The translations under genes were made by a program, and so were the position numbers. Positions 41,201-53,989 of a DNA stretch of 64,000 nt are shown here, piece by piece; position 1 is the first letter of the stretch; the number at the start of each line of letters is the position of its first letter. The notes beneath the pieces are model-generated. The model saw only the letters and a list, made by a program, of their open reading frames with translations, did no database searches and was not told the DNA's origin. Origin of the DNA: Bispira polyomma (taxonomy: Eukaryota); contig OZ287754.1 of assembly GCA_965649765.1 (NCBI GenBank), forward strand, positions 67,828,001 through 67,892,000, read 5' to 3'.

Positions 41201-43346
41201 GGGTGACTACCTCAATGACCATAATGTAGACTATGAATATCTAGTTTCTGCAATTAAAGCAAGGTGTGTCTTTTTCTTTCTTTCTTTTAAAAAGTATAAT
41301 ATGTTTGGGATATTTCTTTCTATTGCAGTTCAAACAATTTATTCAAGACATTTTTGGACCTTGTTATTTATAGGAAGATAAACATTTAGTCCAGTTTGCA
41401 TTTTCATACAGTTGCTTCTCTTGTATAGCACCACAATCGATGACCAGGCATCCTCTGTGGTGCACATCCAATTCATATGAAAAAAAAAATAATATTCTGA
41501 TGGTGGAAAATGTTTGAGATCAGACTGCAGTTGCAACCTTCACAATGTTAATGCAGAAAAGCATTGATGTGGTTAGAGTTTTTCTGAAGCGTGTAATACT
41601 TTGCTGCAACAAGTCTGAACCTGCTAGTTTTTTCGATAAGAAGTCAGAGGTGGAGAGTCAATTTCCTCTGGTACGATTGCCAAGGTATAACATAGAAGAA
41701 GTTGGCTGTCTGCTGCATATAAACAGCCTTAAAAATGTTTTATACATAAGTCAACCTGTAGCCAGTGCACTTTTTAAAGCAAAGGAGTTGTGCGTGAATG
41801 TGGTGGTTTTGAATTTTCTGTACTTTGTTTATTTGCCTCTGTCCGATGATGCCATTCAGTAGTGAGTTGCAGTAATTGATGAATCGATTTTTTACCAGGA
41901 CATTTGCAACTGCAAATTGTTCATATATATTGCGAATATCATTTTCACAGTAAAATGTAAATACTAAAACGTATTGTCAATAATATATATCACATTTTTG
42001 ACATGATATTAATGATCACTACTCGATATGAAAGTACCATGATTGATTAGCAATGATTGTTGTCAGGATATGATGTATCCCACACAGAATTACTTTAAAG
42101 GCAGGTTTATCTTTATGTACATGGTTCCCATACTATCCTATGCTTTCTCTGTTTCAGCACCTACCCTTTGGAATAATTTACGAACCAATATACAATCCCA
42201 GAAAACCTGCACTGGCTTTAGAAGTAACCTTAATACCTATCTCTTCACTCCTGCTTACCCTACATAGACATCTACGTCGCCCTTGATACCTGTTACCTAA
42301 TTTGCTTTGAAAACGGAAAACGGATGATTTTTACAACTTTGTCAATGATGTTGCACTTTAGAAGATGCCTGGCATCAATTAGGCGCATTAAAAATCTAGC
42401 TTATCATATACTAGTTATTGACATCTTCAGATTTGTGGTAGCAGTACACTCCGATTCCGATACAGATGACTCTGATAGCTACGGTTCCTATGATTCTGAT
42501 GAGTTTGAAGATTCCTCGTCAGATGAAGAAGAAGAGTATGTGCATCACAAGGCCTCTGCCTCAAAGGTACGACAAACCAACTTCAGAAGGTATGATGACT
42601 CAAACGAGGATGACTCGCCAGTGGAAGAATTTGATATATCTGAGTCTGTAGAAGAATGCACTGCACCAGTGCTGAATTTTGGTCAGAAGCAAAGGAAGTC
42701 AGCGGAGATAATGATGACACCCGAGACAAAGAAAGCCATGGCAGGTATTGATTACTAGTGACCTTAATTACCATATTCTTCTATCCAAACCAAAACTTAC
42801 AGACCCGAGTACCCAAAATGTAACTATATTTATCGCCCATACAATGCATTTGCTGCATAACATAAATGCAATGTCAAGAGAATTGCAACTTGCACCTATT
42901 ATATTCTATTATAGTTGATAAAACAAAAATTATATTCACCTTATTGACATGAACTCTCTGATGACATTTAGAAGAGTACTCTATATGTTTAAAGAAATGG
43001 AGTCACAATAATATTACTCTGACTTTTTTTAAGAATGCACTACATCATCAAAACTTTCTATCTTTTCTTGTATCTAATATCAGTCTACCCTTCTGATGCC
43101 ACAATCAAAGATATCGCCATGGAGATTCCGTCCTCCCAATTAACGAAGTTTGGCAAAAGTCTGGGGTTTGAAGCCAACGTAGTTGCATGTGTAGAACAAG
43201 GGAGAGAAACTTCAACCAAAGCCAAGGCGCTACTGATAAAATGGCGGGACAAACAGATTGAAAAACGAATTGAAGTGACCCGGATTAGGGATCGGTTGGA
43301 TGAGACACTGAAAAAGTTAGACATTGATTATCGATTTGAAAATTAA
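38281..43346 (+). CDS. Ankyrin-repeat and Death-domain protein, ~586 aa; exons 38281-39028, 40459-40674, 41044-41263, 42431-42744, 43084-43346
   Basis: ANK motifs (LLLKHGASLEQRDIYGNNALMHSA, GMNLLHIASLRGH, WTPLHFAAICCHLDCLKWLVKHGAD); acidic Ser/Asp tract; last exon fits the Death-fold pattern (IKDIAMEI..TKFGKSLGF..AKALLIKWRDK..LDETLKKL); intron phases 1,1,2,1 all match; 1761 nt with no internal stop. Confidence 0.88.
39610..39870 (-). mobile_element. L2 3' end fragment in ANK-DD intron 1
   Basis: Reverse-complement match to 5030-5285 including the attag tail. Confidence 0.75.
40010..40235 (-). mobile_element. tRNA-derived SINE
   Basis: Reverse complement starts 'ggtggcatagtagttaacacacttgcctcccacc'; 3' boundary approximate. 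Confidence 0.55.
42135..42410 (+). mobile_element. L2 3' fragment in ANK-DD intron 3
   Basis: AFSVSAPTLWNNL...FRSNLNTYLF, a typical L2 ORF2 C-terminus, followed by 3' UTR. Confidence 0.75.
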
Positions 43347-44949
43347 CTGTGTGAGGAAGTGGAAAAAGTGATTGGACATTTACGGAAACTCTCCAAATTG
43401 TTTTTGTCATTTCAAAAACAACCATCAAATATGATTATATGATACATATAACTGTAAACATAGATGTGTTCTCCCATGGCCCAGCCCTTTTGGCGGCTGT
43501 ATTTTCATCTGGCAATCAAAATTGTTTTCGAACTCTGTCTGACAGCAATTGGTTAAGATTCCCCCCAAAAAGTAAATAAATAAGGGGTCTATCCCTACTT
43601 AAACAATGGACGGGTTCACCTATTTTTCACTTTATTTATAGAAATGAAATGACATATATCATACTGATACACTAAGACTCTATATTTATTTACAAAAGCA
43701 AATTGTAACTAAAGTGAACATTAAGCAAAACATTGTTAGTCATACATTATCCGTAATACGGTGACAGCAATTGTTGGATCAATCATATACTTATTTATAA
43801 TCCTTGTCATTGGCATCCTTATTGGTAAATCAATGAGGTCCAAGTGGAAAAGTTATCCTGTATATGTGAACTGGAGTAAAATGAACAAAAATAGGGTATA
43901 ATGGCCCATATTAATTATGCTTGCCCTTAAAAATCAGTGAGCAATAGTTAACTTTGGAAGATACTACTATATATATATGTAGGAAAAAGCACCATTCTTA
44001 AAAATTTGAAAATAATAATGTAAAGCAACATCCAGCAAATATGTAGCTCAGTTGAGATTAAGATTGACAGATAATTTTAACGTCATATTAATAAAAGGAT
44101 ATTTTGTACATGGAAAAAACTGATCTAATTAACCCTTTCAACCCCTTTGTGGTCGACAAGCAGACACTGACTTTTGACCCTATGTCTAACAACAAGTAGT
44201 AAACCCCAAAATAATCTTTTATTTTTTTGGGGGAGATTCTTTGTAATAGGATATTGCTAGTACAGCAGACTCCTTTGTATATAAATGTATACCTGTGGCC
44301 ATTGAATACCAAAAGTAGTCTGTGGTGTGTGTTTTAGTGTTTCCAGTTATCATTAACCACCCCCCCCCCCCCCTTCCCCCCCCTTCCCCCCCAAACAAAA
44401 AAAAAACAAAAAACTTTAGCTGCCGGCCATAATTTTCTTTTAAGGTCGAAAGACTTAGTTATTAATCTGAGCTATAATTTCCTGATACAAGTTATATGAA
44501 AGGCTAACATTGTACCAAGTGGTTTACATCATTTGTAATAGTTTATACACATTTATTGTAAACCTTATTATTAATGTCAGTATGTTATTGTTACACTAGA
44601 GGACATGAAAAAAAATTGTATTGATATAAGTATTCACTGATCAGTGCACTTTGACATACTCAAGATTAGTTAGTGGGCTTGAAAAGAAGATAAACATGTA
44701 ATCTACATTGTTCTACAATGTGTTTCATTCAATTGCTATTACTCCCAGCAAGATGAAATCCTTGGAAATTTTAGGGAATTAACCCAAACATTGACTGGAT
44801 TAGGGATTTCATGAATAATTTACACAAATTCACTGTAACCTTTACACCAATAATAAAACTAAATGCGCTGAAAACCTTGAGAATCATACACTATTAATGC
44901 ATGGCCAATAAATCACCTATAAATATAAATTCTGCCTGGTTCAGATTAA

Positions 44950-45490
44950 ATTTGACTTTTGATAGTTTTACAGATCGTGGAGAGTTGCTCTGAGACAAAT
45001 ATTAAATGTAAATAAAAGGGCACATGGGGCATATTTACCCACGTCAGTGGATGACATTCCAGTTGAAGCTCAACTTCACAAGAAGTTTCTAAAATTTACA
45101 AATTCATTGTTATAATATGATAATCCTGTTACAAAGTTATGCATGCAGTTAGCACTATGACGAAATAGGTATAATGGATGTAAGAGTGTAAACTATGTAT
45201 GGAGTAAATATAAATTATGTCTAGATAAAAACAAACCTGTATTATTGCACGAATTTCTGAAATAGTAAATCATAAATTTGCAGTATATCGATGAAGATGT
45301 CTTAAATATTGAGAACTGTATGTGTATAACTGAAATGCGAGATTCAATGAATAATGGACAAAAGCAGTACTGAGAAAGACTACACCTTCATGTTAGAACT
45401 TTTTTCTGTAAAGTTAAAGTCATAATTGTAGCCTAAGCCCATATATGTGCACCTTAAAAATTTATATATATATATATATATATATGTACT
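44950..45490 (+). mobile_element. Degraded non-LTR retrotransposon C-terminal fragment (clade uncertain)
   Basis: FYRSWRVALRQILNVNKRAHGAYLP...LHKKFLKFTNSLL resembles LINE ORF2 tails; ends at (TA)n. Confidence 0.4.
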
Positions 45491-46451
45491 ACTTGATTCG
45501 TCTTTCTTTTCTCCTACGGATGTATGTTAATTGTACTAATGGTACAAAATAAATATATATATATATATCTACATGTGTGTTATGGAACATAAATCACTTG
45601 AAATACTTTCTGAATTAAGGAAAAAACTTAGAACTGATCTCTTCAAACTCGCTTAAATCACCTTTCCTCCCTGTACACCACCACATCCTTACAACCTTGG
45701 TATATGTTTTGGGGGTTTGTCAATTGGCTAACTCATTCTGTTGTTGTGCTTTAGAAAATACCTTGCATCAATAAAGTGTGTTGAAAATATATTATATAAT
45801 ACAATACAATACAAATAAGGGGGATATTGTAAAGTGTGAACAGTAAAATGCACTAGCATCGATACCTGAGAAACTCCAGGTTATTTATGTACTTGACGGT
45901 AACATTACAGAGGGGGTGAATCCAATGAGTATCTGTATAATATCTGTGTATATCATCGCTTTAAACGATCAGGCTTCTGGGGATTCCCCTTTAGTTCAAC
46001 TGTGTACTGGACTATTAATCTTCAGAGCTCCGATTATAATTAGCATTTTTATACATTATGCAAAATATGGGCATTTTGTTTAACTCTTGTGAAAGCAGGA
46101 GCCCAAAAGGACCAAGTCTAGACGATGTCCTAAATTTAGCACAAATTTTATTTGGGTTGTAGGGATTTCTAAGCACTGAGCCACCATTTGCCTAAGTACA
46201 GTGAGATATTATAAGCAAACTGTTAAATAAAGAGAGACAGGTGTTGTTGTTAGTTTTACATATAGAAATGAAACTCAAGACTCCCATAGCACATGGTTAA
46301 ACTGGAGGCATTGGCTTTCGTTGATACCGCTAGAACAGAGGCTGCTTCAAGAAAAGGTATTGTTTAAATCAAAAGTTAAAGGAGTATCTGGAAAGACCTT
46401 GTGGTGGAAAACAAAAGACACCTCAAGGTGCAGGCAGGAAACCAAGGATCA

Positions 46452-46600
46452 TTTTTTGAATTGGGATATTTAACGTCCACTCTAGTACCTGTTTAGGTTA
46501 TATTGGGACGGGTAGTTGGAAACGCTGGAGAAAACACTGCATACAGTTGATCAAGGTGCTGCACTGAAACCAGCGGCCCACAATAAGGAAACCAAGGATC
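46452..46600 (-). mobile_element. 5'-truncated copy of the 31390 SINE
   Basis: Reverse complement matches 31500-31640; flanked by direct repeat 'aggaaaccaaggatca'. Confidence 0.8.
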
Positions 46601-48779
46601 AGAATTGAAACGAATACCTTCTAATTGCATAGCTGAATATATGGGGATTTAGAGCCCTCCAACATGATCATACACCCGCAAAAAAATATTCAGCACAATT
46701 CCATAATACACTTAAAATGTCCCCACTGAGTATAAACAAAGACACAGACAGACTACTTACAACTAGTTTCCCTCCAACTACCCCTCCCCATTCTCCCAGC
46801 AAAGTTAGAAAATAGTCAGTTTTAAACCACACCCACAGCCGTCCATTGGCAAAGCCTAATTACAATAATAATAAAAATATACCAGATTTATATGACACCA
46901 TATCCATTCATAGAAATGTTCTAAAGCGCTTTACAATATAAGATTGAGTAAAAATAATTATATAATACAGTACAATATAAATATATAATGTTTGATAAAG
47001 CAGTACTTAATTATTTTTTTTAATATGATCTTTATTTACCCTTTTTTAACAAGGGTAGGCACCCTCCATCAGGGGTAAACAATACCATCACCCAGAGCAT
47101 GACACATTTGACAAACAAAAAGGGTACCAATCATGATTTTCTTGATTCAATGCTTGGGAGCAAACACTATCACTTGGGTTTTATCTTGATTTAGTTTTAA
47201 CATGTTTCCACACATCCACAAACTTGTATCTGTAACACATGCTTCCATTTTTTATGCAACATCACTCCAGTCATTACCTGGTTTTATGGTCATGTATACC
47301 TGTGTATAATCAGCATAACAACGATATATGAGGTTTTGCTTCTGTACAATTTCCCCAGGTCTGGTATATATGCAGTAATTTTTTGGACCAAGTACAGATC
47401 TTTGAGGGACCTGTCATTATTGAGTATTTATCTGTCCAACTTACATATTGTTATCATAATTAAAATTTTATTAAATTAAACTACCCACAATATGTCAGTT
47501 CTTACATTACATTGATAACAGTAATATAGCAGCACTCCTACTTTGTATGGCTGAGCCACAGTTTCACTATTTGCAGTCAGACTACCTGACAAAATCACTT
47601 AAATGTTATTAATTCTAGCCTACTGTCACTACTCTGACAGGTCACTATATAAACTGAGATCTCCAGCTGTGTATAAGTGGAGAGACAAGCAAAGAAGTGA
47701 AATGGGAGTTACTCCCGGGGTTTTCCTATTACACCTGGAACAATTGTGCTACAAACATGTGATATGACGAAATAATAAAGGTATAATCATTTATAAATGG
47801 TATAATCATTTGAGGAGCAATCTTATTTTTGCTAGTAATTAAAAAGGCAGTGCATGAAGTATCTAATAGAACATACCAGGCTTGACAGATGTGAATCTCT
47901 TTTGTGTCAGTTTAACTATGCTGAGTGTTGTTAAACTGTATGAATAATAAACTCATATGATTCCTTAAATAAATGAGAAGATGCCCAGCAACCCTGTCTG
48001 TAATTAACGGCTTGTCAATCAATCTTCAAGACAACCTGCAGCACCTGCTGCCCTTCTCCAATACCAGGCAAGTGAAATTAACAATTAAACTGGATACACA
48101 TTTGTATCAAGCCTCTAAGCATAGCCAGAAAGGCAGGGTGGAGAATTTAATACAGCTTCAGGCATCAATGGAGCATACCTGATCCAAACTCACCTATTTC
48201 ATTATTCATGTAATGCCGGCACATATATTTCAAGTTACAACCCCCATCAAGGCCATCAGCGCCTGACTCTTAGCCCAGGTGTACTTGTTGGAGATGCCAG
48301 GGTTTTAACAGCAGAATAGTATCTACAATTCAAGGGATGTGTGCACGTCAAATCCACTCATGTCATGAAGTTATAGAGAGAAACAAAGGTCAGACTCGCC
48401 AGTTAAAGAATACAACACCGATAGATTCAGCTGATGATGACAAAGTTTATGAACTGGCAGATGACACACTAGACCAATAACTGCTCCAGTGATCCAGTGA
48501 ATCTGATGATCAGACAGATGGTGTTTTTGGCACATCTTTCAGCATCCAGGTGTAGAAACCAGGGGTTCCCAGATGTAACAGTGGGAGATTTGAACCTATC
48601 ACCAGGATGACCAGGCAACATAGATGACGGGGACGCACTTGCCATATTAACAAAAGTTCCAGACCCACCACCAGGATCAGCAGATGGCCTACCTGCAGGC
48701 GGAGATCCAGACCCAACAGTCAGTGCAGCCCCCTATTTCACCCCCACCTGCCACACAAATGTCACAGCCACCTCACGCT

Positions 48780-51700
48780 CTGGCACCAGAGATGATTCCA
48801 TACAAATTTAACCCCTTCTCTGGCACGTCTTCAGAAAGCACACAAGAATTTGCAAATAAGCCCGATTATACAACCTCACATTCTAAGGGGGAGGCTCTAT
48901 TTTTCTGTCATGAAATTGGTATGTCTGTGCTTACTGGCTTCTACACAAGCTACGCCCTGCCTTATAAGGCAATGTTATCTAAATATTATCACATAACTGG
49001 TCGTTTCACCATCAATAATTCCTTCTTCCTAGTCCTATGACTATCAATATGTCTGATACGCAGCAAATCACATGACCCTTACCAATACTATATTAGGCAA
49101 TGTTTGGATCACATGACCAAGCAATGCATCAACATTTACTAAATGAACAATTCAATTAACAACAAAAAAAGGAGAAAGATGGTACCAAAAACAAATCCAA
49201 GTAGAAGCAACCCTGTGCAGAATGATGGTGCGTATAACAGTGTACAGGGAAATTGTGAGCAACCTCAGGCAAATGAGGACAGACCAGCACCCAGACACTA
49301 TAGTACAGCAAGGTATAATATGCCATGTCCCAGTAAGTTGACTGGCAAGGTAATGTGCAAGCCTGTGTTCAACACTTCGAATCATATTGCAGTGTTGCTC
49401 ACATTGACCCTAATGGTCAAGGCCTACTGATGTACTATAACTTCAGAGGCCTTGCACAAGCCTGGGCCAAAAATGAAGCCATCAATATCGAAGAACATGC
49501 AACCTTTCACTAAGCCTTGTCGGGGAAGTTTGACACCAGAAACAGCAGAGAAGGAGACACTATGAAATGCAATCCATGAAGCAGGGACCCTGGGAGACTG
49601 TCTTCCAATACATGCAGTAACTTTTCTCAATTGTTCAACAGACTGAAAATGAAAGAATTCAGACTTTTACTGACGATTTAAGACCAGATGTGAGGCAGTT
49701 CATTTATGGACAAAACATCAACACTCTGGACGAGGCCGAAGAAGCTGCTTTACTAGGGGAGAGTTTATTCCCACAGGGAGGACATCAATGAGCTGAAGCA
49801 GTTCTTTGAGAGGCTGGCGATGGTTAATTCATTTGAACACTACTCCCAACAAAATCTGAGAAATCATTCACTAACCGGTCAAACAGACCCACTGGTGGCT
49901 GTCCAGTATGCTACAACTGTGTTTTCCAAGAGAGAGCAGAGTGCCAAACAGAGCCCAGGAACCCCGACATCAGCAACAGCAGAGATTTAACCAGTAGCCA
50001 TTCTGCAGTTTCTGTCAGCAGCCAGGACACAACACAGAAGGGTGCCTGAAGAAAAAAGGTGTGTACTTTCTGCTAGAAGTTGGGCCACTATGAACGCTGG
50101 TGCAGGAATAAAACAGATTGGTAACTAAAGAATCAGGGAAAAAGAAGCTAGAGGACGCCCTATCTCACTCAAGCAACAAGATAGGGCAGTACATTAAACA
50201 GACAATAGGACAAAAGACAATACAAATGACAAAACAGAACACAGGACACAGAACCAAAGCCAGGACAACAGAGACAGCAGGAGGCAGGAACAACAAAGCC
50301 TGTGAGTAAAAATGTACTCTTTATACCATTTTTAAGTTCACACAGTAACATTGTTATTATTACTATTATTATAGTATTTGATAAAGACTTCAGATTTCTT
50401 TGCGATACTGGTGCAACTATTTCTTTCTTAAATGAGGTTACATATAGGGAGTTATGCAAAGAATACAAGTTAAATCTAAGCACTGATTCTGATAGATAAG
50501 TTGCAAAAAAAGTATATGGCCAAAATATTCAGATTCATGGCAAGATTATGTTGAACTGAAAGTTAGGTGACAAAATTGTTCAACATATATTTCATGTCAC
50601 CAAAAACAGAACATCTTGCTGTCTTAGGTTTTGACTTCCTAACAAAACGCCAAGCAAGTTAGACTGTGCCCCAAGAATTGTACATGTTAAGGGTCAAGAT
50701 GTATAAATAGAAGCAGAAGAGGTTTTAGCCAAAGTTAGAAGTACCAAAGTACCATTCCTTATAGTTAATACAGGAGACAGAGAAGTCAAAATTCATAAAA
50801 ATACCAAAATTGGGCAAATAACAATGAGGCATATATTTATATTTGCAGTAAAGCAAGTTAAATCAATAAAATGTACTAGTATAAATTTGAACATTAAGTT
50901 GGACAACATAAATTTAAACCCTGTGGCGAAGGAAAGGCTGAAAACTTAACTACATCAATTTTCTGACATATTTGCTAAAGATGCTAGCCATGTGGGAAGG
51001 ATATCAATGGTTAAACACCACATAGACACTTGAGAGCACCACCCAGTTAGACAAAAGCCATACAGGGTTTAACCTTGTAAAAATAATTATCACTGAACAT
51101 GTAAAGGACATGGCCATGAACAATATCATCAGGCCAAGTAGCTTTCTCTGGAGCTCTTCAATAGTATTAGTTTGTGAAAGAAATGATGGTCGCGAAGTTA
51201 AATTCAACCTTGAGAATACAGAAAGCATAAAACCATCAGGAGTTCATTGACAATATAGGAAATGCATAGATTATCGAATGTCAAATTTTCTGACAAAAAA
51301 AAAATAGTTACAGAATTCCAAGAGTAGATGACACTTTAGATGCTCTTTCACAAAATAATGGCAGCAGACCAGGTATTTTTACCACTTTAGACATGTTTTC
51401 AGGCTATTTTCAAATAGAATTAGATGAGTCCAAAGAAAATACAGCATTTTCAACAACTGTGGACAGTGGGACTTTAATGTGATGCCCTTTGGTATGACTA
51501 ATGCACCATCCACTTACCAAAGTCTAATGGAAAGTCTATTCAGAGAGTTAGTACCATCAGTTTGCATTCTCTATATTGATGATATCATTTGTCATTCCAA
51601 AAACTTTGATGGACATATCAACCATTTAAAGAAAGGTATTTGAAATCTTGCGTGCTGCCAACTTAAAACTGAAACTCCAAAAATGCAACTTTGCCCAGGC

Positions 51701-51850
51701 ATCAGTCAATTTTTCATATTGTTTTTTAAGGATAGAATAAAACTACATCCCAACAATATTTAAGCCGTCAGATATTTTAAAGTGCCTTCTAGAGTCAGAG
51801 ATGTTCAATGTTTTTTTGGCACTCGGAACATATTAGAGGAAATTTTTAAA
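48780..51850 (+). mobile_element. Degraded Ty3/Gypsy element 1 (gag, protease, RT)
   Basis: Two CCHC knuckles near 50003-50103 (CSFCQQPGHNTEGC; CTFC*KLGHYERWC); FLCDTGATISF; YFTTLDMFSGYFQI, MPFGMTNAPSTYQ, LYIDDII. Confidence 0.85.
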
Positions 51851-51859
51851 AATTGTCTG

Positions 51860-53830
51860 TATAAGGGATGGAACCAGAAGTGACCCTCTCCAAAGCAAAA
51901 AAAAACCCTCAATACAGCGCTATAGGTGTTTTAATTGTGGCAATAATTCAATTTTAGTAAGTAATGCAGGTCTGGACATCTATCCCAGGAAGGTTATAAT
52001 AACACCAGAGCTCACACACAAACTTTGAACCCAGGGCCTGACCTAAGAGATTTGAGCCGAGGCACTTCCTGTCATACATGTACCAATACTACCTCCAACC
52101 ATCTAAAGATGACAATAGATCCCAGCACACTACCTGGAATATGAGGTACAGACCTGTAAACTATAGGCAGGATGTTTATATGATAGGTTTTACATAAGTG
52201 GTTGTTATTTTGGCGAGCAACGAAAGCTGGTAAATAAACAGGGTGTAATGACCATGTGAGCCTATTTCACCATCGCCAAAACAGTCATAGTTATTATATA
52301 CAAGACAGCAGAAATGCCATGAAATCAAGGCATGCAGTAAGAAATACATAGTGGACTCTTTTAACAACCAGGAACTGCCCTCCAAAAATACAGTGTGTGA
52401 CGAAAATGCTAGCCATCAGTATAGAAACAAGCCAAATAGGGCCTCACCTAAAAAGGTAACATTTAAGAAAGGACACTCAAATGAAGAACTACTTAAGACG
52501 AACCAGTTAGGTAAATGTCATAACATAAAGGTTTAAATGTATAACAAAAGATCAGAGATATGGAATGGTTCCTATTTTTACTAAATACTAAACAGAGCTG
52601 TATAGCTGCAAAGGTGGGAGGAATTTCAATTGAGGCCTTGTTAGATACAGGGACACCTGTAAACTATATTTTTAGTTATAGAGCAAATACATAAGCAAAC
52701 TCGCCATGACCCAAAGTGACATTATTTCAGCAGGCAGAGCTGCTTCTAAAGGAACTGTACATTTGACCAAAATTATCCACCCTAGAATTTTTGTCCTACT
52801 TGTAACGCACATCCCCCAATTGTATGTCACTAGTCAGTTAGTGCGTGGTATGATTTTGGGTAAACCATTTTTAAAACAAGCTAGAATACATATCTGTTAT
52901 GACGGGAATGAAGTGTGTGTTTCTGTAAATAGCCAAGTGAGACTGAAAGAAAGGCTAGTAATACCACCACTATCGGAATCAACCGCCTTGGCAGAATTTA
53001 TGGGTCATTTATCCCCAGGCAACACTTCTTTGCTTTAAAGGTAACTCTCCAAGGTATTTCAGTGCAAAAATAGTGGGAGACCGTGTTCTGTTCCAAACTG
53101 AGGTAAATCACAACCTGTCACACTAAATAAAAAAACAAGATAGTGGGATATGCAATGCCAGTGAGACATGCAGATATTCTGACAGTAGACATTTCCCTAC
53201 ACACAACAAACACAAAACCACGCCCAGCAGTACTTAAGAATGCAGACTTTAAAAACTCATTTGAAGCCATTGACCAGGAAATAAAGGCGAAACATAAGAA
53301 CAGTACTGTAGTTATGACCGGCACAACACATCTCTTATGCACACTGTACATGACTTACCCCAATGTACACTTGATGAGACACACAAGGAAAAACAAAAAC
53401 AAATATTGCTGAAATATTTGTGCAAATGAAAACGAATACCAGCTTGTACAGTTTACACTCACCGGATAAGAATCAAATCTGATACTATACCTTGGAGAAG
53501 TCCCAGATACAGATATAACCTAATCAGACTAAGGCCATTTTATATAAGGTTAAGGAACTTGTGGACGCTGTATGGCAGAAAGATCTAACACAGAGTACTT
53601 GAATCCGATTGTTTTAGTTAGCATGCCTGGCAGAGGTACCCTTCTATACCTATATATGAGATTGGCTAGCCTGCATACTTTGAAAGATCTCTTACCACTT
53701 TTGGCGCTGCACCAAGTGTTGGACAACCTGCCTTATCAGCCCAGATATACAACAAAAATAGATTTTAAAAGTACTTTTTATCAGATCAATGTACATGATC
53801 AAGAGATAATATTTTATTTCCAGATTAATT
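51860..53830 (+). mobile_element. Heavily degraded Ty3/Gypsy element 2
   Basis: Protease-like ALLDTGTPVNYI (~52634) and ILGKPFL; RT N-terminus-like PIVLV...KDLLPL...KIDFKSTFYQI. Confidence 0.6.
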
Positions 53831-53989
53831 AATTTCTTGTTGCAATATGAATCCTTATATTTTCAAAGATAAAAATTCAGCAGCTTATAATATTAGTGTC
53901 CGAGAATCCATCACTGTATCATATTACATCCAAGGAGTACAGCGACAAGCCTAAAAGTGACAACATTTGGCAGAAAATAACCGACAACC

